Positions 25,790-39,682 of a stretch of DNA of 64,000 nucleotides are shown one piece after another; position 1 is the first letter of the stretch; each line of letters starts with the position of its first letter. Origin of the DNA: Eledone cirrhosa (Eukaryota); NCBI GenBank assembly GCA_964016885.1, contig OZ024761.1, forward strand, positions 9,734,001 to 9,798,000, read 5' to 3'. The notes beneath the pieces were generated by a model, which worked only from the letters and a program-made list of their open reading frames with translations, did not search any database and was not told where the DNA came from. A program made the translations under genes and the position numbers.

Positions 25790-26310
25790 TATATTGTGTT
25801 AGTATTATCGGTAAAGGGTGAGACGTTCTCTCTGAGTTCAAATCCCTTTGCCTTTCATTCTTACGGAGTCGATAAAATAAAGTACCAGTAATGCACTGAG
25901 ATAATTTCTGGCCAAAAGTAGAAACATTATTATCGTTCATCGAGGTCAGACGCCATGCTTTGCAGCATCGTATTATGGCCCTTTACGTTTCGAGTTCAAA
26001 TCCCACCGAGGTTAACTTTGCTTTTCATCCTTACAGGGTCGATAAAATAAGTACCAGTAATGCACTGGAGTAATTACTGGTCTTGTGCCAAAAATAGAAA
26101 CATTACCATCGTTCATCCTTACGGGGTCAATAAAATAAAGTACCAGTAATACACTGGGGTATTTGCTGACCTGTGCCAAAAGTAGAAACAATTATTACCG
26201 TCCATCGTTACAGGGGTCTATAAAATGAAGTACCAGTAACACACTGGAGTCGATTTTATCGATTTTTCCCCTCCTCGCAAAAAATTGTTGGCCTCGTGTC
26301 TAAATCATTC
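25790..26310 (+). mobile_element. Tandem cluster of about four partial SINE copies
   Basis: Repeated GGGGTCGATAAAATAAAGTACCAGTAA...GTGCCAAAAGTAGAAACA. Confidence 0.8.
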
Positions 26311-26588
26311 TTATAAACCATTGTTATTATTGCTCCCTATCGAGAATACGAGGGGTCTCCATTCCGTTCTGAGTTCCAAGCCCTGCCATGGGCCTGCTCC
26401 CGTGTATGTCAGGTCTTTCCTCTACAGTCTTCAGCCATCTTGTCACTTCTACGACTTAACTCGAAGACTTTCTTTCACCCGAAGGAAGCTCTCGGTGGCC
26501 TCTTTCTGCGCATGCGTAACACGTGACCAAGCATAGTTGCTCTGGGATGGGTGTTGAGAGGGATAATGGAGGGAACACACACACACAT

Positions 26589-26619
<31 letters not shown>

Positions 26620-26790
26620 CATGTAAATTGTAAATAGCTCAGTATATAAATATAGATATACATTATATATATATATATATATATATATATGGAAAATGTG
26701 TAGCTCCAACGAAGAGCCGTAAAAGTCATCACTTTGGTAACGAATCCAATTCGTTCTTGGTTTTATCCATTCTTACCATATCAAGTGATA

Positions 26791-26979
26791 CGAAGGTGTG
26801 CTAAAGTTTCCTGGGTATCGTGAAATGGTAGGGCTGTTACCTTTACAGCGGGGAGGTAGGACTGCTGCAATAAGTGTGAGAATCTGAGAGGGGGAATATG
26901 TTGAATAAAATCATAATTAACTGATCCTTCTGTGTGTTTTCTTTTAACCAAAGCCAGGAACTTTTCAGCACATACCTTG
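26791..26979. mobile_element. Mariner-derived MITE
   Basis: TA-CGAAGGTGTGCTAAAGTTTCCTGG...CCAGGAACTTTTCAGCACATACCTTG-TA, with an internal GGGGAATATGTTGAATAA mariner-like 3' remnant. Confidence 0.7.
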
Positions 26980-27139
26980 TATATGAATTTAGGAAAAATT
27001 TGTGAAGATAAAAGGATGAATAGCAAAGTTGACCCAGGTGAGATTTGAACTGAGAACGCCAGGCCGTAACGAAATGCCGCAAGACATTTTGTCCGACGCT
27101 CTACCGAGTTTGCCAATCCACCACCTACATAAACGACTA

Positions 27140-27360
27140 TAATGGTTTCTAATTTAGGCACAGCGGCAGCAATTTGGGGGGGAGGGGAAGTCGATTAAAT
27201 CGACCCCAGTGCGTGACTGGTACTTTATTTTATCGACCCCGTAAGGATGAAAGGCAAAGTTAACCTCGGCGGGATTTGAACTCAGATCATAAAGGGCCGT
27301 AACTCTATGCTACAAAGCATGGTGTCTGACCCTCTACCGATACTGCCAATCCACCGCCCT
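27140..27360 (-). mobile_element. Near full-length SINE copy
   Basis: Same family as 8285; further copies near 27000, 28283, 31205, 31865, 48955, 49225, 56420, 58515 and 63937. Confidence 0.8.
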
Positions 27361-28034
27361 CTACATAAACGACTATAATAAAAACAATGGAATTCCTGTA
27401 CTGTTGGACTTACAATCATAAAGGTCGTGAGTTCGATTCCCTTGAGCAAGACACTTTACTTCACGTTGCTTCAGTCCACTCAGCTAGCAGAAATGAAGTT
27501 ATACCTGTAATTCAAACGGCCAGCTTTGTCATACACTGTGCCACGGCGAATGTTCCCTCACCCCATCCTTTAGTGTAAGAATACTCAGCCACTTATGCGT
27601 TAATCTCACGAGCAGCCTGTTCCATTGTTCAACACCAAGGACACGCATCGTCGCAGCCGACGAAGGTCCAACAACATTCTTGTACAGTAAATACTGCCTT
27701 ACTTAATATGTCTTCAACAAAAGTACAGTCCTTATATTTTTTCAATTCATTTTGGTAAATAATCAAGAATTTGGATTTAATCATATAACTAACTTGTCTA
27801 GAACATAACTTAACAAAGGTTCTTACATAAAATTATGTTGAAAGGAATTTGGATAAATATAAACACTTTAAAATAAACATTAGTTTTGTTAAGTCATTAG
27901 CGAGGGATTGCAAAATATATATGCTTACATGAGAATGGTCTAACAATATAGATAGCTTCAACACATGCACATATATATTAAAGGTAGAATCACATACATG
28001 AGTGTGTGTATGTTTGTGAAACATATATACATGC

Positions 28035-28270
28035 ACCAGGTCCGAGCACAAAAGAACCAAACTCCCACTGTCACTGCCACCGTCTCTACCCATCTCTCAT
28101 ATATACACCAGGTCCGAACACAAAGGAACCAAACTCCCACTGTCACCGCCTCTACCCATCTCTCATATATACACCAGGTCCGAACACAAAGGAACCAAAC
28201 ACCCACTGTCACTGCTTCCGTCTCTCCCGCTCTCCCCATCTCTCACTATTGTGAGCAATTGGGGACCAAC
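28035..28270. repeat. Three tandem ~65-70 bp units (TACACCAGGTCCGAACACAAAGGAACCAAAC...) of an interspersed repeat end
   Basis: Reverse-complement relatives at 9465-9590 and 4798-4878. Confidence 0.7.
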
Positions 28271-28834
28271 GCGCTGGCCGTAGGTTAACTTTGCCTTTCA
28301 TCCTTACGGGGTCGATAAAATAAAGTACCAGTAATGTACTGGTAATTGCTGGCCTTGTGCCAAAAGTAGAAACAATTATTTTTTTGTTTTAATAATATAA
28401 TATATAATAATTTTAATCGTTTAAGCCAACATTCGTCAACGAACGAAGCGATAACGACGTGGACAAAAGACGTGGTAGGGGGTGACAAGACTTTCGGACC
28501 AACCCGTATATGTGTGTTAGTGATGAAGTTGGATAGCTTTTATATTTACTTGGCTTTAAGTTTTGTTGCTAGCATTTGTCGACCGCAGTGCAGCGAGCCT
28601 AAATGACCTTTCCTGACCTCATTTATTTGTTATTTTTGTATGATAATCGTTCGCTAACATAATGTTATTCGTTACCAAATTAAAGGATAATAATTTGTTT
28701 CCATATTTTCGGTAGACCCAAGACGTTTGTTGCCAAATCGTCCGTTGTATACTTATTTATTTTATATATATCAGGGTAGAACCTGTTTTAAACTAGTTAG
28801 ACCATTACTCAACAGAGTACTCGAAACTTGGGGT

Positions 28835-29364
28835 CAGTGGCGGACTGGCCAGGTTGCCAGGTTGCCCACGGTAGCATTGCAGGGTCCGCTGTAGTATTTT
28901 AGGGGTCAATGCTTACCTTTCAAAAAATACCTGAAGTCTAAGAGAAAGAATAATTTTTATTTTTTTATAAATAAAACAATTAAGCAAAGCATTTGGTCAA
29001 CATCACATCATTTTGTTTTGAAAATAGGTTTATAAGTATGAATGTTCACCTACCGCTGTCTCAGTGGTCTAGCGGTAGGTACTAGAGACGGCGGAGATCC
29101 TGGTCTTGGGTTCAATCCTGGTCAACAGTTTTTATTTTACATCCCATAAAAAAAAGACTGAAAAGGTTTACCGGGAAACCTACTCCAGACCAGGACCACC
29201 CCACCGTCTATGATTCCTCCAACTAGGCCACCGAGACATACAAAATTATGAAATTAATAATTATAAACCTACTTTCAAAATCAAAATTAAATGATAGCAT
29301 TCTATATGTAGGTGGGCCCCTTCATCTCCTGGCACCCGATATTTTTAGACTCAGTCCGCCATTG
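28835..29364. mobile_element. hAT-type MITE with a perfect 8-bp target-site duplication (TSD)
   Basis: TSD CTTGGGGT at 28827-28834 and 29365-29372; TIRs CAGTGGCGGACTG / CAGTCCGCCATTG. Confidence 0.9.
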
Positions 29365-29749
29365 CTTGGGGTAGTAGAGTATGGCTATATTATAAAGAGT
29401 CGGGATCCAACGGCTGAGCTCTTGCCGTTTCAACAGCTAATTACAGGCTATATATATATATATAGACACACATTATAAACACCGTATTTGTTTATTTCCC
29501 CTATGTCAAACAAAGTTATCTCCCTTGTAAATTTTACAGGGGAAATAACTTCGTGACAACAATTACGATTTCTTTTTGTAACTATGGAACGAAATTGAAC
29601 ACATAATTGAAATTATTAAAGCAGTTTCCAGTGATAGACAACCTCAACTATGGAACAAAATCGAGGACATAATAATTAAAATCTCGAAAGAATTGAAATA
29701 ATTTCGAGAGTTAGGGTTGATACAGCCTCAAATATGAAAAGAAATTCTT

Positions 29750-30160
29750 CTTCTTCACCGACTTAATCCTGAGAGGTTCATAGGGGCAGAGTCCTGAAGC
29801 ACTCCTTACAGTGGATCCTGTCAAATGCAGCCGTCTCCGACTGATCCATTTGGATCCCCAAGCAAAACCAGCCAAGCTCATGGATGTTATCCAACCATGT
29901 CACACAGGGTCTACTCCTGGGTCTCCTGCCGGATGGTTTTTCCCTGTAAAATCTGTCCAGTGGTTCTTTCCTGAGACATTCTAACCACATGCCCATAGCA
30001 TCAGAGCTGTGATCTCTCAATTCGGAGAAGTAGTGCCTCTACCTGGAATTACTCTCTGATCTCCGAGCTAAGTACTTTATCAAGTAACATTACTAAAAAG
30101 ACCCTTTGGAGGAATCCCATTTTGGCCACTTGTATTTGTGACCCAAGATTCATGACTATA
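29750..30160 (-). mobile_element. RTE-like LINE 3' fragment
   Basis: KPSGRRPRSRPCVTWLDNI motif and (GAA)n tail; related copies at 30875-31005 and 35880-36230. Confidence 0.7.
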
Positions 30161-30621
30161 GGTATGATTTGGCACGAATACTGAAACGAATTTGAAAAAT
30201 ATAATCGAAATTTTTAATGTAATTAAACACATTCAAGTGTCACATTTTTCATAGTGGATATAGCAAGGCCAAGTGGTTAGGAGTTCGCTTTGCAATCATT
30301 AGATTCTGGTTTTGATCCCATTGTGTGGAACTTTTGGCAAGTGCCATTTACCATAGCTTCGGGTCAACCCATGCCTTGTGTGTAAAACTGGGTAGACAGA
30401 AACTGTTTGGAAGCCCGTCAAATAGACTGTACCTGTAATTCAAAGGGTCAGCCTTGTCAGGCATTGTCTCATGCCGAATCTCCCTGAGAATAACATAACA
30501 GGAATATATGTCTGTGGAATACTCAGCCACTTACTCTACAATAGAAGATGAACTGTACCTGTAATTAAAAGTGCCAGCCCTGTCAGGCACTGTGTCACGT
30601 TGAATCTACCTGAGAATTTAT

Positions 30622-30840
30622 TTAAGCCTTTAGCATTTAAACTGGCCGTATCCGGCCAGAATTCTCTCACCTATTTCTGTTCAAACCAGCCCTAACTGGT
30701 CAATCACAGGTATTTTTCTCAAAATGTATAATATCAAAATCTCATAGATTCGATATTATGTGAGATAATTATGTGAGGTAAAGCCTTTACCATGAACATA
30801 TAATAGTAAATATAGAGTAATGTAAATGCTAAAGGGTTAA
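30622..30840. mobile_element. TTAA-flanked MITE (piggyBac-like)
   Basis: TTAA-GCCTTTAGCATTTA...TAAATGCTAAAGGG-TTAA. Confidence 0.75.
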
Positions 30841-31700
30841 GGACACACATGCCTGCAGAATATGAAACAAAATTCTTCTTCTTCATCGACTTAATCCTGA
30901 GAGGCTCATAGGGGCAGAGTCCTCAAGCACTCCTTACAGTGGGTCCTGTCAAAAGCAACCGTCTCCGACTGATCCGTCTGAATACCCAAGCAAAACCAGC
31001 CAAGTACTTTGCCCAGCCACTTTGCGTGCCAATGTCATGAGCAGGCTGTTTCGTTGATTGTAAAACTGGAACACTCATTGTTGAAACTGACTGAGACCCA
31101 GAGAAATAAAAACTTCACCTTTCCTTAATCTTAATTATGCAACAAAATTATAATTCTCATCAAAATCTTTAACAGGATATAAAAATTTATCAATCAAAAT
31201 AATTGTTTCTACATTTGGTACAAGGCAAGTAATTTAAAGGGAAGGGAAAAGTCGATTAAATCGACCCCAGTACGTAACTGGTACTTTATTTTATCAACCC
31301 CCATAAGGATGAAAGGCAAAACTAACCTTGGCAGGATTTGAACTCAGAACGTAAAGGGCCATAACTCTATGCTGCAAAGCATGCAGTCTGACACTCTAAC
31401 AGTACTGCCACATAACAATAATAATAACTGTTTCTACTATTGGCACAAGGTCAGCAATTACCCCCAGTACATTACTGCTACTTTATTAACAATATTTCCA
31501 CAAGGTCCCAATAGTTCATTAGAATTTTTGCAAATATATTTTTTTTATTTTTTACTTCTTATTTTTTTTTTTTTTTTTTTTCCTATATTTTTTTTAACAC
31601 TTCGCTGCCCCCCCCCCCCCCCCTCTCACACCTTCTTCACAAGTCTCTCTTTGTATCCCAGTTTCTCCACCTTTCTGTCTCAGTCCCCACCTCTCAGTCT

Positions 31701-31758
31701 TCAGGGAAGGAATACACCGACCATAGCTTTATCAAGTGGAACATATTGGAGGGTAATT
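31701..31758 (-). CDS. MIF/D-dopachrome tautomerase-family gene, coding exon 3 (R)ITLQYVPLDKAMVGVFLP*
   Basis: Polypyrimidine tract ttttttatttcatcttttgtag; the phase-2 junction matches exon 2; VG motif; TGA at 31701-31703. Confidence 0.85.
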
Positions 31759-32613
31759 CTACAAAAGATGAAATAAAAAACAGGAAAGAATTAATGATGA
31801 TGGTTTCTGATATAGGCTCAAGGCCAGCAATTATCCCAGTGTATTACTGATACTTTAATAATAATAATGGTTTCTTATATAGGCACAAGGCCAGCAATTT
31901 TGGGGGAGGGGAAAGTCGGTTAAATCGACCCAAGTGCGTGACTGGTACTTTATTTTATCGACCCTGTAAGGATGAAAGGCAAAGTTAACCTCGGCAGGAT
32001 TTGAACTCAGACCGTAAAGGGCCATAACTATGCTGTAAAACATGATGTCTGACGCTCTACCGATTACTGCCAATCCACCACCTTTGGAAAGAATTAATAA
32101 TAATAATAATTATCATTTCTAATTTAGGCGTAAGTCTAATAATTTGTGTTGGTTGGAGTTCAGCAGATTGTTGCTTTTGAGGGAGTGAGTTATTCATGAT
32201 CTCACCATCCTCTCAAATACATTAATGATATGAAAGGTGAGTGAGATTAGATGGTAATTCACTGCAAGCAACTTATTTCATGTTTTGAAAACTGGCATGA
32301 GAGACTGGGACAGAAAATTTTCAGGGATGTAGTGAGCAGCCAGTAAAGTCCTCCACAGATAAGCTTGAGGAGATGCAAGTTAGTGTTGACACGACTTCAG
32401 GACACAAGCAGCAAACCTATCAGGGCCTACTGCTGAGTTGTATTTAATTTTGTTTATTGCCTCTAAGACATCAGGGGTGAAAACCCTATGTCAGGTATAG
32501 TGTGTTGGGGGCTAACATCACTGACACAGCCCTGATCAGTCACATCAGGGTTGCTGAAAACAGAGCAGTATGGTTTCTGCAGTCTCTCTCTCTCTGACAC
32601 ACACAGAAGCACA

Positions 32614-32650
<37 letters not shown>

Positions 32651-32819
32651 AGAGACACACACAGAGACACACACACACACTCACACAGAGACACACACAT
32701 ATACATACAGAGAGAGAGAGAAGAAAAGTAGTCTTTTATCAGTGTCAAATGTCAGCCAAAACATAAGCCAACCAACAGCCCTCACTCCCTCTTTCATTCC
32801 CCCTCATTCCTTCACTTAC

Positions 32820-32992
32820 CTCTCCTTAGGTAGAGCAAGGCTCTGACTGAGATAGTCCAGCAAAATCTTGGTATATTTGGGTGTAGTAGAAGCAGTTAAC
32901 ACATCTATAGCGCGTATCTCCAACAATGCAGATGGATCATAAGTACCGGCCCGACAAAAAGCCATATCACTTTCTACAATGACATTCATTCT
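32820..32992 (-). CDS. MIF/DDT-family gene, coding exon 2 (173 bp) RMNVIVESDMAFCRAGTYDPSALLEIRAIDVLTASTTPKYTKILLDYLSQSLALPKE(R)
   Basis: Acceptor ctttttgtctctccag and donor AG/GTAAGT; aligns by eye to the MIF/DDT middle exon. Confidence 0.92.
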
Positions 32993-33155
32993 CTGGAGAG
33001 ACAAAAAGATGTTATACAATGAATACGTGGGTCATACATTGTCAGAAGGAGTCAATAGTGAGACGAAGGAAACAATGATTCCATCTGCTTTTCGCGGGTG
33101 CTCTAGGAACATAACCCATGCGAATAGCAACGGAATACTGTGTGTATATATATAT

Positions 33156-33406
33156 CAGGGGCGAAGGGTCCGTGCATGCAACGCATGCAGTGCATGCGTT
33201 ATAGAATCTTGAGTTGATCAATTGCGTCGGTTGAAGCAAGCAGAATATTGGCTGCTTACTAAAACGTAGACACATAAAAAGGATAACACACACACACGCA
33301 CACTAGATAACACTACATGTGACTTTGACCAGGAGGGTCATTTAGAGGGAATTGGGGGGGTAAGTCTGCACAGCCCCACTTTCCGCCAGGTTACCCTTCG
33401 CCACTG
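33156..33406. mobile_element. hAT-type MITE in MIF intron 1
   Basis: TIRs CAGGGGCGAAGGGT / ACCCTTCGCCACTG; probable TSD GTGTATAT blurred by TA expansion. Confidence 0.7.
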
Positions 33407-33454
<48 letters not shown>

Positions 33455-33623
33455 TAAGAATAAAGGAACAAAGAATCAGTGTTGCATCATAACATATTTA
33501 ATAACATATTACACATGTTTCACTGTGGACCATAACGCACCAGAGTACTCAATACTATGACTCTTTTCCTATATATATATAGTGATGGTAATAACTTGGT
33601 ATATATATATATATATATATATA

Positions 33624-34432
33624 CTAGCTGAGGTACCCGGTAATACCTGGGAGCGGGGGGTATTCCCAGTCCCCATTAAAATGCCCAATGCCTCTCAGAC
33701 CTAAAATGAAATCAAAATATAGGACAGATAATGAAAAGTGAAGACAAATTCATTTACAAAACAATAATACAAACAAATGTTGATTACATTGGTCAGGTGA
33801 AATGTTTGTCAGAGAAGCTGAGAATGTTTTTTTCAAGAGAAACTGAAGACTTACAATAACTGCTGGATTAGTAAGGCGACAAACTGTTGGTCAGATCAGT
33901 GGAGTGCTGCCTCAATGCTATAAGGACCACAAATACATAATTGTTCAACAAATTAGAAAGAAGATATATCTCTAATGGAGCTTGTAGACTTACAAACACA
34001 GGTACAGCAAGCAGAGAATATTAAGTTGATTTATGGAGAACATTTTAAGCCCACAACAGCTAAAGCCAAATTTCGCTCATCAGTTAATCAAAAATCAGCT
34101 TACACTTTGCTCGAGTGGTCTGGACAAAAAAGCCACCCTTAGCACATAATTTATCTGTGTTTCAAGTTTGAAGGAAATCTGTTGAGTGCTTTAAAAGTGA
34201 TGGCAGAAAATAACATTCATATGAGTATTTGCATACAAATTTCCTATTCATTTCTAAAAAAAATCGATGCAGACTGGAAATTATTGATTTTTTTAAAACT
34301 TAAAAGTACGTAAGAAACCAAATGGGCCTGAGCCCCACACACGTGTCAAGTTTCATCAAGATCGGTTTAGTAGTTTTTAAGTTTTAGGTTCACAAACATA
34401 TCCACAAACAGACAGAAATTGCCATTTATATA
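33624..34432 (-). mobile_element. Non-autonomous Helitron-like element
   Basis: The minus-strand 3' end has the hairpin CCCAGGTATTACCGGG followed by CTAG|T; the other end has AAGTTTCATCAAGATCGG...ACAAACAGACAG; inserted in (TA)n. Confidence 0.6.
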
Positions 34433-35378
34433 TATATGCAAATAAGACCGTTAATTGCCTTAACCGATAAAGAAAACACTCAGAAGACAATAAAGCTGCA
34501 TTCATAACTCTGTTAAACCAACCCCCACCATGCTACATATAACTCCAGTTATATAAACCAGACATGGACTGCACCAGTCACTAAACAAGGGAGATAGACT
34601 CTGTCACATTACATAGTTTCTGTATAATAAAACTATTATTACATAACTTCCCATCTTTCTGTCCTCATAAAAGACTCTTGAAAGTTTTATGTTACATAAC
34701 CTTGTCTGACCTATTGACCTTATTTCTTAGCTAATAAATATAAGATAATAGATAAATAGACATATATATAAGATAATAGATAAATAGACATATATATATA
34801 AGATAATAGATAAATAGACATATATATAAGATAATAGATAAATAGACATATATATAGAGAGATAGATAGATAAATAGACACATATAGATATATAGAGAGA
34901 GAGATAGATAGACACATATATATATAGAGAGAGAGATAGATAAATATACACATATATATAGAGAGAGATAGATAGATAAATAGACATATATATAGAGAGA
35001 GATAGATAGATAAATAAAATAGATATATAGAGAGATATGTAAATAAAATAGATAAATAAAATATATAAATAAAATATGAATACTAAATAGATAAATATGA
35101 ATAAATAATCCCAGTGGAAGGAAGATGCAGTCGAGGAAGACCATGGAAAACATAGGGGGGAGGTGATGAGAGCTGACCTCAGATCGCTGAAGCTCACAAT
35201 GCTAGAGTCAGGTCCATACCTTCTATAGGTGACCTTGAGCCAATCATGTGAAACATACACAAGTCCATCATCATCATCATCATCATCTTCGGTTTTATGT
35301 TCATTTTTCCATACTTTCATGTATAGGTATAGAGGATAGATAGATATAGAGGTGCAGGCATGGCTGTGTGGATAAAAG

Positions 35379-35566
35379 CAGGCATATCAAACGGAGGGTC
35401 CCCTGAGGGCCACAAGGGTCACATATGTGTTGTCTGAGGGCCACACATGACACCTAATTGCACACATTACAATTAATATATTTTATTTTATATTATGCTC
35501 GCGCTATAAAAACCTTTATGCGGGTCGCAGATGTATTTGTAAAGGGCCGCATGTGTGGCAGGCCTG
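35379..35566. mobile_element. hAT-type MITE nested in a SINE head
   Basis: CAGGC...GCCTG ends, near-perfect 8-bp TSD GATAAAAG/GATTAAAG, internal GGGCCAC/GGGCCGC motifs. Confidence 0.65.
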
Positions 35567-36359
35567 GATTAAAGAGATTGTTTCACACCCACGTGGTTTC
35601 AGCATCTGTCCACCTCCAGCTGTGTGGCAGCTTGGGGAAAGTGCCTTTTAATATAGCCTCTGGTCGACCTGGGAGTGGAATTTGGTAGACAGAAACTGCA
35701 TGAAAGCCCATCCCCATTTTTCTTTAAAATGTTTTTTTTTTAAAATGACATTAAAAAATTACAAAATAAACAAAAGGAAAGGAGTAACGACTAGATCTAT
35801 ACCATTTGGCTGCTTTTTCTAGCAAGTCGAGTGACCACATAGAAACACTGTAAATGTGAGTTAGGCAAAAGAAAAAGAACTCTTCTTTACTCCCTCGTTG
35901 CTGGGAGAGTCATGGGGTCAGAGTCCTCAAACACTCCTTCTGATGGGTCCTGTCAGAAGCAACCGTCTCCAATTGATCCCTAAGCATGACCAGCCAAGCT
36001 CATGGATGTTATCCAACCATCTTGCTCAGGGTCTACCTCCTGGGTCTCCTACCAGTTAGTTTTGCTCGTAAAATCTGTCAAGTGATTCTTTTCCTTAGAC
36101 ATTCTGACCACCCGTCCATAGAATCGGGGCTGTGATCTCTCAATTTGGAGAAGCTGTGGCTCTACCTGGAGTGATTCTCTGATCTCCGAGCTATGAACTA
36201 TATTGAGTAATGTTACTCCAAAGATCCTTCCACAGAACTACATTTGAGATTGTAATCTGTCGATCATTAGCCAGGATCCAGGGCCAGAAGGCTGACACAC
36301 GGGAAAGGGCAAATGTAAAAAGGCAAAATTGTCATTCACTAAACCAATAAACTTAAAAA

Positions 36360-38600
36360 CACACCACCACCACCACACGCTACTACAACACACCACCACA
36401 CACTACTACAACACACCACCACACGCTACTACAACACACCACCACCACATGCTACTACAACACACCACCACCACATGCTACTACAACACACCACCACCAC
36501 ATGCTACTACAACACACCACCACCACACACTACTACAACACACCACCACCACATGCTACTACAACACACCACCACCACATGCTACTACAACACAACACCA
36601 CCACACGCTACTACAACACAACACCACCACACGCTACTACAACACACCACCACCACACGCTACTACAACACACCACCACCACATGCTACTACAACACACC
36701 ACCACCACATGCTACTACAACACACCACCACCACACGCTACTACAACACACCACCACCACACACTACTACAACACACCACCACCATACACTACTACAACA
36801 CACCACCACCACACACTACTACAACACACCACCACCATACACTACTACAACACACCACCACCACACACTACTACAACACACCACCACCACACACTACTAC
36901 AACACACCACCACCATACACTACTACAACACACCACCACCATACACTACTACAACACACCACCACCACATGCTACTACAACACACCACCACCACACACTA
37001 CTACAACACACCACCACCACCACACACTACTACAACACACCACCACCAAACCACGACATCAACAGTACCAGCACAACCATCAACAGCAAGCCCACCATAA
37101 CATCAGCACACCACCACAATACCCCCATCACTACACAACACCACCACCATCACATCACACCACCACAACAACCACAATACACCACCACACCAAACCATCA
37201 CTACACCACAATACACAACAACACTACACCACCACAGCCACACTACACCACCACACCAACACTACACCACACCACCACAATACACAACAACTACACCACC
37301 ACACCAACCAAAACACACCACCACACCACACCACCACAATACCACTAGAGCCACACACACCCCCACAACAACACTACACCACACCACCACAATACACAAC
37401 AACACCACTACAGCCACACTACACCACCACACCAACCAAAACACACCCCCACAACACCACAACATCACCACCACAATACCACTACACAACACCACTACAG
37501 CCACACTACACCACCACACCAACCAAAACACACCACCACAACACCACAACACCACACCACACCACCACAATACCACTACAGCCACACTACACCACCACAC
37601 CAACCAAACACACACCCCCACAACAACACTACACCACACCACCACAATACACAACAACACCACTACAGCCACACTACACCACCACACCAACCAAAACACA
37701 CCCCCACAACACCACAACATCACCACCACAATACCACTACACAACACCACTACAGCCACACTACACCACCACACCAACCAAAACACACCACCACAACACC
37801 ACACCACAACACCACACCACACCACCACAATACCACTACAGCCACACTACACCACCACACCAACCAAACACACACCCCCACAACAACACTACACCACACC
37901 ACCACAATACACAACAACACCACTACAGCCACACTACACCACCACACCAACCAAAACACACCCCCACAACACCACTACACAACACCACTACAGCCACACT
38001 ACACCACCACACCAACCAAAACACACCCCCACAACACACAACACCACTACAGCCACACTACACCACCACACCAACCAAAACACACACCCCACAACACCAC
38101 CACACCAACACTACACCACCACAATACACAACACTACAGCACCACCACACCCCCACAACACCACCACACCAACACTACACCACACCACCACAATACACAA
38201 CAACACTACAGCACTACCACTCCACCACAACACCAACACTACACCACACCACCACAATATACAACAACACTACAGCACCACCACACCCCCACAACACCAC
38301 CACACCAACACTACACCACCACAATACACAACAACACTACAGAACCACCACACCACCACAATACACAACAACACTACAGCACTACCACTCCACCACAACA
38401 CCAACACTACACTACACCACCACAATATACAACAACACTACAGCACCACCACACCCCCACAACACCACCACACCAACACTACACCACCACAATACACAAC
38501 AACACTACAGCACCACCACACCCCCACAACACCACCACACCAACACTACACCACCACAATACACAACAACACTACAGAACCACCACTCCACCACAACACA
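36360..38600. repeat. CAC/CAA-rich minisatellite (26-bp ACACACCACCACCACATGCTACTACA units, then longer units) in MIF intron 1
   Basis: Direct inspection. Confidence 0.95.
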
Positions 38601-38635
38601 CTGTAAATGGAGACGAGAATCTTTCGTTAACTTAC

Positions 38636-38743
38636 TTCAGGCGGTTTTCCAAGCACCTCAGCGATTTTATTTAAAAGCTGCTTCTCAAAAGCTTTTGGGA
38701 TTCCCGTCCGGGGTAAACTTGTTCTTAACAAACAGATCGGCAT
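38636..38743 (-). CDS. MIF/DDT-family gene, coding exon 1 (108 bp) MPICLLRTSLPRTGIPKAFEKQLLNKIAEVLGKPPE
   Basis: AAAATG start, catalytic N-terminal Pro, LGKP motif, donor GAA/GTAAGT. 108+173+58 = 339 nt, giving 112 aa. Confidence 0.92.
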
Positions 38744-38981
38744 TTTCTCTTCAGCTGTTTGTCTCTCTGTTTACTAATGTATGTAGATATAGATGTATAT
38801 ATAAATGTATATATATATATATACGACTACGTAAAATAGTCTTGATGAGGGTATGCAAAAACGCGTGGAGTAATATATATAGACAGATATATATAGGCCT
38901 GTATGTTTCGCCGTGTCGGGTGCTATATATATATATAGATATATCGAGAGAGAAATATATATATATGTGTGAGTGTGTATG

Positions 38982-39012
<31 letters not shown>

Positions 39013-39096
39013 GTGTGAGTGTGTATATATATATATATATACGTGTTAGTGTGTATATATATATACGTGTGAGTGTGTGTGTATATATACGTGTGA

Positions 39097-39156
<60 letters not shown>

Positions 39157-39273
39157 GTGTGTGTGTGTATTGAAAACGAGGTGAATTAGGTTATTTATAA
39201 TATATATATGCGGTGTTCAGCATCAACAACGCTTACTCTTATCAACGACCTAGCCTCGTGTGTTCGCATAACA

Positions 39274-39309
<36 letters not shown>

Positions 39310-39475
39310 TATACATACATACATACATATACATATATATATATATGATATATATCTGTTTATTAAAGTTAAGTAGGTATTTGAGCACGTATATGTGTAT
39401 ATGTGTAACGAAGCAAGGGGGGCGGGGTAAACGGTGTAAAGGTCAGATGTCAAGAGATAGTGTGAGCGTGTGTAT

Positions 39476-39514
<39 letters not shown>

Positions 39515-39682
39515 AAAGTTCTATTTAAATTGTTGGGATACAACAAGCAAATATTTTTATAACTGATATAAAGCACTCAACAAATATTTGGAGTAAAAAT
39601 ACGATATTAACAAATGGAAACTATATTTATAAAACCATATTTATTTCATTATACATATTTCAAGGACACCAAGTTAAATTAT
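39515..39682 (-). mobile_element. Penelope terminal-repeat fragment (outer left arm of a palindrome)
   Basis: Homologous to 305-465; 39599-39682 is the reverse complement of 42183-42266. Confidence 0.8.

Noticed and set aside
36329-39018. Plus-strand 339-aa and 847-aa His/Thr ORFs
   Set aside because: They derive from an intronic minisatellite antisense to the MIF gene.
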